Shown here: piece after piece, positions 1-11,134 of the stretch
Position numbering within the stretch: position 1 is the first letter of the stretch
How the letters are laid out: each line of letters begins with the position of its first letter
Notes under the pieces: model-generated
Seen by the model: only the letters and a program-made list of their open reading frames with translations
Database searches by the model: none
Told to the model about the DNA's origin: nothing
Made by a program: the position numbers and the translations under genes
Source of the DNA: Octopus vulgaris
Taxonomy: Eukaryota
Direction of reading: 5' to 3'
DNA length: 64,000 bases
NCBI GenBank assembly: GCA_951406725.2
Contig: OX597831.1
Location: 19,716,001-19,780,000, forward strand

Positions 1-104
1 TGCCATGATTCGGCGCAAAACGAATCAGTTACAGCGCAGACTTCAATGCGAATGGTTGTGGTTCTCCATCATGGTAACGTATGCTGAGGAAGGTGAGGCT
101 ATTA

Positions 105-205
105 TACTAGGCTTACAAAGAATAAGTCCTGGGGTCGATTTACTCGACTAAAGGTGGTGCTCCAGCATGGCCGCAGTCAAATGACTGAAACAAGTAAAAG
201 AGTAA
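105..205 (+). mobile_element. SINE 3' fragment (family A)
   Basis: Matches the 3' end of the full copy at 9466-9865 (aataagtcctggggtcgatt...ccagcatggccgcagtcaaatgactgaaacaagtaaaag). Confidence 0.85.
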
Positions 206-309
206 GCCCCCTCTAAAATATTTTGCCCGGTGCCTAAAATGTTGTTCAAATAGTGTTTAGTGTCCTAGATGGGGGTGCAAAAGCTATTAGGGTATGGCGG
301 TCTACTATC

Positions 310-310
310 T

Positions 311-356
<46 letters not shown>

Positions 357-357
357 T

Positions 358-412
<55 letters not shown>
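310..412. repeat. (TAG)n microsatellite
   Basis: Direct read; followed by degenerate (GTG/GTC/GTT)n to about 580. Confidence 0.95.
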
Positions 413-413
<1 letters not shown>

Positions 414-1366
414 TATCATTATCCATACTATATTGATTCAGCGTATAATTGATTCCAGATGATTGTTGTTGTTCTGGTGGTAGTCGTGGTTGTGGTGGTG
501 GTAGTCGTGGTGGTGGTGGTGGTGGTCGTCGTCGTAGTGGTTATGGTGATACGGTATTGTAGTTTTTGTTGTTGTTGTTGCTTTTATTGTCTATTCGTGT
601 GCGTTGTATGTACTGTAATCCATTCGAGTCTTCGGCATCGTTAAAGGTCTTCAATCTCCGCCGTTGAGAACAGGAACGGTAAATAATCTTGTGGAAATCG
701 AGACACATCAAGATACAAAACAACTTTACTCTGCTTATCACAAAAGGAAAACACGATGACAGCAACAACAACAACCACCACTACTACTACTACTACTAAC
801 AGAGCCGGTACAATAACGACGGTAAAAACACGCAACTATCACAAAAAGAAATTGATTGCAGTAATGTAGAATCTCAGAAAATAGAGACGCTTCGAGGTTT
901 TCAAAAACTTTGTACAGTTTATCACTGAAGATGCATCAGCAACAACAACAAAAGCAAAAATTGAAGCAATACAGAATGGTTTTTAAGAGGAGAAATAAGC
1001 AGAGATCTCAAACGAAAATAATTAAGCGAAGCCTGTTTTTTATTTTTAAAACAGAGTTAGAATCAATAAAGTTTTTTATGGATATTTTTGTTTTTAAAAT
1101 TCCATGAAAATATTTCCTCCTGCTCACGCTGGAGATAAAACAGTTGCTAACAGTGTCGACAACGCTGTCGTTAGCACTGCAGATTACCTTCATTCAAACG
1201 TTAATACATTTGCAAACGCTCCGCTGATAATGCTGCAGATAGCACTGCTCATAACATTGATCTTACCGCAAGTGACTTCATTGTATACGACACTCGTAAG
1301 CACTGCAAATACTACGCGATAAGAATCGCATTAGCACTATCAATAATATTGTTGTTAGTAATGTTA

Positions 1367-1547
1367 TTGGGTTGTCCTGAAAGTTCGTGCCGATTTTTAA
1401 AGGAAAAAAAAAGGTCAATAAATACTTGCCATTACATTTTTAATCAACCAAATATAAATCATTTTGTTACACAATGCGTCTCCATCTTTCCTTTAACTTG
1501 AAAATACCCTCTTCCCAGAATTGAGGTGGTTTCACGGCAAAGAATAT
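1367..1547 (-). mobile_element. mariner 3' fragment with one TIR
   Basis: Minus strand encodes FAVKPPQFWEEGIFKLKERWRRIV*QN (mariner transposase C-terminus); TIR-like ttgggttgtcctgaaagttcgtgccg abuts TA. Confidence 0.75.
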
Positions 1548-1652
1548 CTGATGAGAGAGGTCACTCCCACGTACACACAAAATTCTAAGTTATATGGAGC
1601 TGCGTCGAGCTATTATTGAATATACATACTTACATACATATATATGTCCGAA

Positions 1653-1772
1653 ATTGGCCTGCTCGCTTAGCCAGCGGGGTGGCGTCATTCGAAGGCTAAA
1701 ACAATGCGAACGCATTGTGACCAGCGATGTGTAAGAACATCTGAAGGTCTGGTCGGTCACATGATCACGTGA
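1653..1772 (+). mobile_element. SINE 3' fragment (family of 62627-62938)
   Basis: Near-identical to about 62816-62938. Confidence 0.8.
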
Positions 1773-2264
1773 TATGTCCGAAATACATGCATATATACAC
1801 ACACACACACATACATATGTATATTTCGCAACCATGTTTGCAGCTTTAGTGATACTACATAGAACCTTGGAATAGGGTCTTCCCCCATAGCCTCGGGGCG
1901 ACTGCTCAAAAGATGAAGAGTCTATACAGTTACTAGCAGTGCTAGAAAATACTACACAAATCCCAACATGTCCTCATGAAAGAGGAAGGCAAAATTGCAG
2001 ATGATTTTGCATAACACTGTTGTAAGAAACTGGTACGCGGAAAATTAAAGAAAATTGTCAGATATGCGTGTGTGTGTGTGCGCGCGCGCTATCCAGTAAC
2101 TAAACAGTTTATCAAAATAACCGATATAATAACTAACAACTTTAACAAATATAAGTGCAGGGACAGATTCCCTCGATTAAATTTCTTCAAGGTGGTGCCT
2201 TGGTGTGGCTGCAGTCAACTGACTAAAACAGTTAGAAGATTATAGATAAGTATATTCATCATGT

Positions 2265-2468
2265 TGAACCCTGAAACCCTAAACATTTTTTTACTCTCTC
2301 TGTTTCCCTTTTTTTCGTTCTCTCTCCATTTTTATTTCCTCTCAAACCTTTTGTCGAAGAGCGTAGGCTTGAAACGTCAAAGGCATTTCCAGTCTTCCGG
2401 ACGAGTGTCAAACTAATAAACCTTCTTGTTCTCTCATTTGTTTTCGCTTGTGGTTTTCTGTAAATTTG

Positions 2469-2472
<4 letters not shown>
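2265..2472 (+). mobile_element. PLE terminal (pLTR-like) fragment with atypical hammerhead-like motif
   Basis: Similar to 55740-55910, which follows a GIY-YIG fragment; gaagagcgtaggcttgaaacgtc motif; ends in (TA)n. Confidence 0.6.
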
Positions 2473-2529
<57 letters not shown>

Positions 2530-2698
2530 AAACCAGCCGAAACTGCAAAGATAACCTGCAAATCGACTGCCGAAAGAAAACTCCGAATCACCCGTCCTTG
2601 TTTTTTCTTGTCCTTTTTTTGTATCATCTAACTGTTTGGATGCTTCGCATTCTTGTCACATTTTTTTTTGTATTCTTTTATATATATATATGAATATA

Positions 2699-2775
<77 letters not shown>

Positions 2776-2780
2776 GTATG

Positions 2781-2814
<34 letters not shown>

Positions 2815-2817
2815 CAT

Positions 2818-2856
<39 letters not shown>

Positions 2857-3066
2857 TACATATAGGTATATGTATATATGTATCTGTATATATGTATATG
2901 TATTTATATATACATATATAAGAAAAAACTTTTTAAACTTTTCATTTAATTTTTCCAAAATTTAATTGTTTTCCATACTTACAGTTGAAAAAGTCTCAAT
3001 GACTGATACTGGAACTAAACTGTTTTTTTATAAAATGATTTTAGCATTTACTACCTTGACTTTTTT

Positions 3067-3112
<46 letters not shown>

Positions 3113-3346
3113 ACCCGTGTGTTCTTTTTCAACCTTCTACATGTATATATATATATTTATAAACAGAAAAATAGGATGTAAAGGATTTAGCGGTACATAT
3201 GTTTCTGGGTTTATTAGAGAGTTTATATCAATGCATAATTGATGTAATATGTATGTCAATAGCCTTCTTCAGCCGCACACAATTACCACACCAAAGACAT
3301 GTATTACATTATAAGTTTGGGAAGCAAATCCTCATAGTCGCATACA

Positions 3347-3381
<35 letters not shown>

Positions 3382-3388
3382 TGTATAA

Positions 3389-3430
<42 letters not shown>

Positions 3431-3904
3431 TCAGCAATGGAAACTTCATTCAATGATTTATTGTTTAAAAGTATGATTAGGGAAGCCATCATTGTCTTTG
3501 GGCTGAAGCCTCACCGAGGCGCCGTAATACTCTACTAATAATAAATCATCCATTCAAAATGGATGTATTTGTTTTATTTCATCTTTTGTTGCTTTTGCTA
3601 ATATGTTCGTTGTTATTGTTCTTGTTAATGTTTTTACTACTTTAGTTTTCTATATGCAACCATAATGGCTTCTAATCAATGGATTTCAAAATGGCGTCCA
3701 TAAGACTTCGGATCGTATTGCTCTTTGATACTTGTTGCGGACGATCTTATAATAAACGCTGATAATTTCTGTAAAGTTATATATAATGGACTCATATTGT
3801 GCTACATCAATGGACAATGTAAATAATCAATTTTTGCAAAGAACGAACACTAAGATCCTTCTTCTTTCATTTTGTATTTGTGGGACGGAGATATCTTGCA
3901 AACA

Positions 3905-6900
3905 ACTTGCACATGCAAGTGCTACCAGTTAAAAGCTCCGTATATCGGAAGCTAGCAAGTTTATGGGGTCATCAGGAGAGAATGCGCGCCGTTTCGGGGC
4001 CTACCTCTCGACGGCATCAATGCGCACCGGCCCCCTCACTGATATGAGGCCCCGCTTGCTAGATCAGCTGGTTATGATGAACTCAATATACTTCTAGCCA
4101 TCGCTCATCGTCTCTTTTTAACCAAATCCAGTGGCTAGCCTTCTCCACTGTAGATTGGATATCAGTCATGGTGGTATTGACTTTACGATGAGTTAGGCCT
4201 AACGATAACAACAGTCGTCTCACGCTGTGTCCTACAAACCCTCTACATCCGACTTCGATAGGAAAATGTTCCGCTTTCCAGCCTGCGTCTTCATATTCCT
4301 CGAGGAGGTTTTCATAACGGTTTAATTTTCGAGCTCGAGCGGCGTCCATATTATCTTCGTGAGGAACCGTTAGCTCGACTATATTTAAAACTTTCTTTCT
4401 TTCACACCACATCAAAATATCTGGTTTTTTCGAAACTGGGATGGGAAAGAAAACCTGGCACCCAGGTAAATCTGCAGTTACCTCCCAATAGTCGTTCCAC
4501 TTTTCATTTTTCTCAGGAAGTTTCTTGGTCTTCTTCTTGAAACGGATCTGCTGACCTGGTCGCACGAAGGTAATGAACTCTCTTGATGGTACTTTTAACG
4601 ATTTTTCCTCAGTGTTGTTGAGATGAATTTGATTCTTTATAGCATTGAAGATAACCTTAAGGACCAAGTTGTGCCTCCATGTGTACCTGTTCAATGCTAA
4701 CGAACAGTTGGAAAGAATATGTTTTAGTGTACCGACTTTTCCACATTTGCAGACGTCATTCTCTAAGACGTTCCATCTTACTAGATTCGTAGGTGATGGC
4801 AAAACATCATAAGATGAACGAATCAGGAAACTCAGCCGAGATGTTGTCCACTTCCACATCTCATCCCAACTTATCTTCCTCTCAACAACATGTTCTTCCC
4901 ATCTCGTCATCTGACCTTGATGAACACATCGGATCAAATGAAGCTCTCTTCTCTCTGCTTCTCTTGTTTTGACGCTGTTGCTAACAACAGATCTGCGTTC
5001 ACACGGCATCATGCTTGCAAACGGTCTGAACTGATCCGCGCCAAAACCAAATCCTTTCCGATGGTTCTGCGTTGCTCCCACCATATCTCTGTGTGTAAGA
5101 GAAGACAAGATGTTGTCAGTTTCTGCTTCTGCTTTCCACTTCCTGGCTGTTTTCACCTCTGGTGGGTTACGCCTGATTTCCATATCCTTCGATTCTCTCA
5201 GCATCATGACCGTCCGTATCTTCCCCAACTTATATATTTCGACTATTGAGGCTATTGGTAACTGCAACGAACCTCTTTTACGATAAAGAGCTGAGCTGTT
5301 CAACATACGAGGTAGACCTAGCCACTTTCTAATGAACACATTACATTTTTGTTCGATCTTTTCAACTCGTGACAATGCTACTTCGTATATTAAAAGTGGC
5401 CACGCAAGTCGCGGGTACAGGCCGAACTGCAAGCACCAAATTTTATATTTACCTGGTAACTTCGAAACATCAATCGCTGATAACCCAGCCTCGGCCTGTT
5501 TCATAATTTCAATCCCACGACTTCTATCTGACAATGTTCCAGCGTATACTCGTCCCAAGCTCTTGACGGGCTCTTCCTTGACTGTTGGAATGCTTTCTTC
5601 CGATATTCGAAATTTAAATTCTTTCTGCACTCCCTTAACAAATGTCAGACTACGCGACTTTTTTGCTCTAAATCGCATCCTTGACCACCTTACACGTTCG
5701 TCTAATCTCAAAAGGGCATTCTGCATGATTTGTTTATCTGTAGCTAGAAGTGTCACGTCATCCATGAAGGCTTTCTTAGGCGATTGTACATGGGCGATTT
5801 GTTCCGAAAAATCTACACCTTTCAAAATCAACTCCATGACTAAGATAAACCACGTGACAGATATTGTACAGCCAGCAGCAATGCCAACCTCCAATCGGTG
5901 CCAATTTGTTGTAAAACTTCCAGTTGTAAACCTCATTTCGAAACTTTCATAGTACATCCTCATTATTTTGATCACTTTGTCAGGAATGTGGAAGTGGTCC
6001 ATGGCTGTTATTAGTAATTTGTGTGGCACTGAACCATACGCGTTAGCTAGGTCGAGCCATACCACGTTCAGACTTTTCTTGTTCTGTTTGGCATCCTGAA
6101 TCGCTTTCCAAATCGAAAAACAGTGTTCAACGCATCCAGGGATCCCGGGGATTCCGGCCTTTTGAACAGATTCATCAACATATCCGTTACTCTGTAAATA
6201 TGTCACTGTTCTCCTCGACAGAATTCCCATAAAGATCTTGCCTTCCACATTCAATAAGGATATCGGCCTAAACTGTTTTATGGTCTTTGCATTGGCCTCT
6301 TTCGGCAGGTATATACCTTCTGCCTTACACCAATCCTCTACTATAGTCTCCTCGCGCCACAGTTGTCGGATTAGGACGAAGAGCTTCTTTCGCAGACGAT
6401 TGCAGTATTTGTAGACTTTATATGAGACGCCATCACCTCCTGGGGCACTCTTCGCTCTAGCTTTTCTTACGAAGTCATTCACCTCTCTCTCCCTGATGTC
6501 CCCAATCTGGAATTCGATATCAGGTCCTGAGAGATGATTTAGCCCATGTAGAGATGGCAGCGGCTGATTACGGTGCGGATCGCTGTAGGTTTCCTTGATA
6601 TGAGCATCCAATTCTTCTTTAGTGCACGATAAAGTACCACTCTTCGGCTCAGTGAACAGCTTCTTAGTAAACCCGTACGGGTCCTTCAGAAACTGCCCTC
6701 GAGTCCTTTTACTTTCTTTTCGACGCTCATATCGGCGAATATGTCGTTGCACATAACGACATTTCCTCTTCAAATCGTTATACAGCAACGCAAGGCCAGG
6801 TTTCTCATCTAGTGCAGCACATCTCCATCTCTTTCTTAAGTCGGACTTTTCCTTCCTCAACTGCTGCATTTTTCTGATCCTCCTGCTTGGTCCACACTTT

Positions 6901-7010
6901 CCTTTCTCTAGTCGGATATTCTCTTTTATTCCAAATAAATCTCTTGCTACATCGTATATTGAGCTTGATAATTTTCCCAGTTTTTCCACTGTAGAGCCTG
7001 TCATTTTATA
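3905..7010 (-). mobile_element. HERO-type (R2 superfamily) non-LTR retrotransposon, 5'-truncated
   Basis: 973-aa ORF plus a GC-rich, self-complementary ~170-nt 3' UTR; no N-terminal zinc finger; in-frame stop 8 codons upstream of the Met. Confidence 0.85.
4083..7004 (-). CDS. Reverse transcriptase + CCHC knuckle + restriction-like endonuclease
   Basis: SAPGGDG, FRPISLLNVEGKIF, WLDLANAYGSVPH, GIAAGCTIS, KAFMDD; CKCG...LKHILSNC...RYTWRHN; KPDI...IVELTVPHE...KLNRY...PIEVGCRG. Confidence 0.93.
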   Translation of the reverse strand: MTGSTVEKLGKLSSSIYDVARDLFGIKENIRLEKGKCGPSRRIRKMQQLRKEKSDLRKRWRCAALDEKPGLALLYNDLKRKCRYVQRHIRRYERRKESKRTRGQFLKDPYGFTKKLFTEPKSGTLSCTKEELDAHIKETYSDPHRNQPLPSLHGLNHLSGPDIEFQIGDIREREVNDFVRKARAKSAPGGDGVSYKVYKYCNRLRKKLFVLIRQLWREETIVEDWCKAEGIYLPKEANAKTIKQFRPISLLNVEGKIFMGILSRRTVTYLQSNGYVDESVQKAGIPGIPGCVEHCFSIWKAIQDAKQNKKSLNVVWLDLANAYGSVPHKLLITAMDHFHIPDKVIKIMRMYYESFEMRFTTGSFTTNWHRLEVGIAAGCTISVTWFILVMELILKGVDFSEQIAHVQSPKKAFMDDVTLLATDKQIMQNALLRLDERVRWSRMRFRAKKSRSLTFVKGVQKEFKFRISEESIPTVKEEPVKSLGRVYAGTLSDRSRGIEIMKQAEAGLSAIDVSKLPGKYKIWCLQFGLYPRLAWPLLIYEVALSRVEKIEQKCNVFIRKWLGLPRMLNSSALYRKRGSLQLPIASIVEIYKLGKIRTVMMLRESKDMEIRRNPPEVKTARKWKAEAETDNILSSLTHRDMVGATQNHRKGFGFGADQFRPFASMMPCERRSVVSNSVKTREAERRELHLIRCVHQGQMTRWEEHVVERKISWDEMWKWTTSRLSFLIRSSYDVLPSPTNLVRWNVLENDVCKCGKVGTLKHILSNCSLALNRYTWRHNLVLKVIFNAIKNQIHLNNTEEKSLKVPSREFITFVRPGQQIRFKKKTKKLPEKNEKWNDYWEVTADLPGCQVFFPIPVSKKPDILMWCERKKVLNIVELTVPHEDNMDAARARKLNRYENLLEEYEDAGWKAEHFPIEVGCRGFVGHSVRRLLLSLGLTHRKVNTTMTDIQSTVEKASHWIWLKRDDERWLEVY

Positions 7011-7799
7011 AAGAGTCCGACAAGTTTACTATTCTTACTATTTTGTCGTTAAATTGACGAAGTTTTGTTTTATTTGGTTCAACAACGATAGCGTTGTTGG
7101 TTAAATATTTCCATTCACTGGTTCGCTCGATTTTAAACGGTTTCACTAGCAAAAGAGTTTGTATGTTTGCAACAAAATAAAAGATTTCGTTTCTAAAAAG
7201 AGGCTTTTCTATTTTGTAGACTAAAAACACGCACATGCACACACATCTCACTTATTCATGCATACATGCGTGTGTGTCACATGTATAAATGTACATATAT
7301 ATATATATATTATTTATTGAACGCCCCTCGTATATACATATAAAGAGGTCACATATGTGTGGCGAAAGATTTCCAGAAAATAAACACACGATGAAATAAT
7401 AACAATGATGAACGAGTGAAGAACGAATATATAGGTCGTGTTTATTTGACAAGAAAAACAACATTACCGTTATATAATTTCTCCATTATTTTGTGTACAT
7501 CTTTCAACCTGACGCAAATGTCAGGCAGCATTTGAAATATTAGTTACTGAAACTGCCAAATAAACAATGCACCGTGTAGTAATAAGAGAATATTTTGTTT
7601 CCGAGAAAATTGCAATAGATTCAAGGAAAATATTTAATTGAATACAGCAGTTGCGAAAATAGAAACAGGTCGCTAGTGAAAAGCATTAACAAGTGACTAG
7701 AACGGGGCTGGTTTAACGTTGGCGAGTGCCTAATGGGAAAGGGTCAAAATGGGAAATGTAACAATCGTCAAGTCATTCGCATGTATGTGATAGAAGGAT

Positions 7800-8000
7800 C
7801 ATCACGTGATACTTGACTGACTATCAGATGTTGTTACACATCGCTTATCACAATGTACTTTTGCGTTGTTTTAGCCTTCACATGACGCCACCCCTGCTGG
7901 TTAGGCGGGCAGGCCAACAATCCCCCCTTGGTCGAAGGGGAAATTGATCGACGTGAAATGAAGCATGTTGCGCAAGAACACAACGCGCCCTCAGTCAGGG
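7800..8000 (-). mobile_element. Degenerate SINE (3' tail as in 62627-62938)
   Basis: Reverse complement matches ...ggcgtcat..aaggctaaaacaa...gcgatgtgtaacaacatctgatag. Confidence 0.7.
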
Positions 8001-8404
8001 ATCATAGAGTCTTACATTTTAGATTTTAAATGCTTGAATTAGACCAAAGTTAATGAAATAAGATTTAATTTGTATTTCTGGAGGAAGACTAAGATATTCA
8101 TTTCTCAGATTATTTCGTTCGTTTCAATTTATCTGAATCTTTCCCAGCGTTATTTGAATAAACACGGAAAGTATTTTTATTGGAGTTTTTAATGCACTTT
8201 TTGTATCTCTAAGCTTCATTTACAACTTTTGTTTATTGTTTTTGAGACTTAAATAAATTTTTCTTCTTTTCAAACAAATCGCCATTAAGTATCAAGTGGA
8301 AAAGGAAAATAGATTTATCTTACAACCCAATACATAAAAACTGTCTCTTGATAAACTATTGTAACTTCGCAGTAAAATATTACATCAACACGCATACACA
8401 CACT

Positions 8405-8698
8405 ACTTCAATGTTGCTGTTTGTTCCTTCTCGAGCCATGCTGACATAGACCGATTTTCTTGGCGTATAGGTTCCCCTCCTGGACGGGACACCGGTCCGT
8501 CGCAGGTGAGCTGCAAGATGCAGGAGGAAAGAGTGAGAGAAAGTTGTGGCGAAAGAGTCAGCAGAAGTTCGCTATTACCTTCTGCCGGAGCAGCGTGGAA
8601 CTTAGGTGTTTCGCTCATAAACACACACATCGCCCGGTCTAAGATTTGAATCCGCGAGCCCTCGACCACGAATCCACTGCTCTAACTACTAAGCCATG
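8405..8698 (-). mobile_element. tRNA-derived SINE
   Basis: Minus strand begins tggcttagtagttagagcagtggattcgtgg...ggattcaaatc (A/B boxes); body shared with 62627-62815, different tail. Confidence 0.8.
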
Positions 8699-8920
8699 TA
8701 TATTTATTCATTGATGGATCCATTCGATTTCTATTAAAGCTATGAGGTTTTGGATTTAAGCATAATTGTCGGATTCTAGCAAGTAAACTTTACGTAACTT
8801 CCCACGTCTTACGTTTAACCTCAAAATACTGCTTACGCTTCCAAAATCTTTTCTAATGCGTGTGTGCTGTACATATGCGTGTGTGTGTGTGTGTGTGTGC
8901 ATATGCATACATAAACTATG

Positions 8921-8979
<59 letters not shown>

Positions 8980-8982
<3 letters not shown>

Positions 8983-9178
8983 TTTCTAAATCTCTCATAG
9001 AGATATGTACGGTGGTGGGGCGATAGAATGGTTGCATACAGTCAATCTAACGTGAACGTGACAGTAGGGGATTACACCACCGCTGTTTCAGGAAGCGTCG
9101 ATGCCTCCTAGGGCTAAACAGCGGTGAGGTAATCCCCTACTGTCACGTTCACGTTAGATTGACAGTATACAACCATTC

Positions 9179-9180
<2 letters not shown>
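8980..9180. mobile_element. Asymmetric palindromic mini-element within (TA)n
   Basis: Arms at about 9023-9088 and 9116-9181 are inverted copies; same family as the single copy at 50876-51012. Confidence 0.75.
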
Positions 9181-9227
<47 letters not shown>

Positions 9228-9465
9228 TATATATATATTAAGGGTATTACTATACATAAATGTCTCACGCTAGGAGGCATTACTCACGCTATACTATGTA
9301 TAGAATGTCCTTAATATAAATAAATATATCTAATGGGAATAATTAATAAATTTTTCTTTTATGAGGATTTTCACGCTAACTACTTGATAATTTCTTATAA
9401 AGATTTTATCCTATCTTTAAATTATATATATCCTGGTCACGGCAGCGCAGTATAATTTTAGTATA

Positions 9466-9865
9466 GGCGCAGGAGTGGCTGTGTGGTAAGTAGCTTGCTA
9501 ACCAACCACATGGTTCCGGGTTCAGTCCCACTGCGTGGCATCTTGGGCAAGTGTCTTCTGCTATTGCTCCGGGCCGACCAATGCCTTGTGAGTGGATTTG
9601 GTAGACAGAAACTGAAAGAAGCCTGTCGTATATATGTTTATATATATGTATGCGTGTGTGTGTGTTTATGTGTCTGTGTTTGTTCCCCTAGCATTGCTTG
9701 ACAACCGATGCTGGTGTGTTTACGTCCCCGTCACCTAGCGGTTCGGCAAAAGAGACCGATAGAATAAGTACTGGGCTTACAAAGAATAAGTCCCGGGGTC
9801 GATTTGCTCGACTAAAGGCGGTGCTCCAGCATGGCCGCAGTCAAATGACTGAAACAAGTAAAAAT
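9466..9865 (+). mobile_element. Full-length tRNA-derived SINE (family A) with internal (TA/TG)n
   Basis: A box tggctgtgtggt, B box gggttcagtcc; at least 8 related copies in the window; (aaaaat)n tail. Confidence 0.9.
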
Positions 9866-9912
9866 AAAAAAATAAAAAATAAAAAATATATACACACATA
9901 CACATTATATAT

Positions 9913-10297
9913 AATCCTTTCTACTATAGGCACGAGGCCTTGAAATTTGAGAGGAGGGTTTAGGTCGATCGCATCCACCCCAGTACCCAACTGATACTTA
10001 ATTTATCGACTCCGAAAGAATGAGAAGCAAAGTCGACCTCGGTGGAATTTGATCTCAAAACGTAGCGACAAACGAAATACCTATTTCATTACTACACAGA
10101 GAGGACAAACAAGGACAGACACACAGATTAAGTCGATTACATCGACCCCAGTGCGTAACTGGTACTTATTTAATCGACCCCGAAAGGATGAAAAGCAAAG
10201 TCGACCTCGGCGGAATTTGAACTCAGAACGGAACGGCAGACGAAATGCCGATAAGCATTTCGCCCGGCGTGCTAACGTTTCTGCCAGTTTGTCGCCT
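9913..10297 (-). mobile_element. Two adjacent tRNA-derived SINEs (family B)
   Basis: Minus strand: ggcgacaaactggcagaaacgttagc...gagttcaaattccgccgaggtcgactttgcttttcatcctttcggggtcgat; the central part resembles the MetaSINE domain as I recall it (unverified). Confidence 0.8.
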
Positions 10298-10864
10298 TTA
10301 TGCACATCATATATAATGATATCTACGGTCTACAGGGAAGATTAAGGAAAATCCGGACAACATTAGGAACGAATATTTTAAAACTATCTAAAGGATAATA
10401 ACATGTAATATTCTTTTGCATCCAACATTTCCGTTTATGCGCATTAATGCTGTTCCGTGTATAATGTATTCTGCCTTTGAAGACATTATCGTTTAATGTT
10501 ATTATGAGAAACAGGAAAGTTAAATGTTTCCCTTGTCAGAAGGCAAGTTATGTATGAGTTGACTAATATTATTAACTGGATTTCTGAGGATTAATTGAAG
10601 GTGATTTGAATGCATGTGACTATACTGCACTTTCTCGTTAGATTTAGTATTAGTTTAGTGTTTACTAGTATCTGAATATAATATTTCTATTTCTCGTAAA
10701 TATCATCAGATCCTTAATAGAAATGGTTTTGTGGTGAGCTCTAGCGACTTTTATGAAACTTGTATTTGTGATTACTGGAACTGAACAGTCACTAATGATT
10801 ACATGCGAGCACATACTTGCATATATATGCGCACATATACGTATACATGCAGACACACAGAGAA

Positions 10865-10901
<37 letters not shown>

Positions 10902-11134
10902 ATTAATGTATTTATGATTACATGACGTACATGTGTAAGGTATAAATGATTATACATTATATATATATACATACATATATATACATATATATATACATAT
11001 ATGTACACAGAGTACATCTTCATATTTATATATGTATGTATATTAACAATAATAGTAGGGAATATAATTCCAAACTTAGAGGGAAAAATTCAAATTAGCA
11101 ATTCTTAATCAAATTTCACAATATATAATATATG

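Noticed and set aside
253-835. Poly-Val and poly-Cys ORFs
   Set aside because: Trinucleotide microsatellites
910-1322. Possible host exons
   Set aside because: No recognisable domain or supportable splice pattern
1547-1575. ctgatga followed by a small hairpin
   Set aside because: No GAAA or stem III downstream
3960-4030. CUGAUGA and CGAAAC in the HERO 3' UTR as a hammerhead
   Set aside because: Order and stems do not give a hammerhead; CUGAU pairs with an upstream AUCAG and there is no UH after stem III
4890-5952. Plus-strand ORFs of 119 and 206 aa
   Set aside because: Antisense shadows of the RT ORF
7310-7333. mariner-like TIR (reverse complement cgaggggcgttcaataaataa)
   Set aside because: Solo end with no partner or transposase nearby
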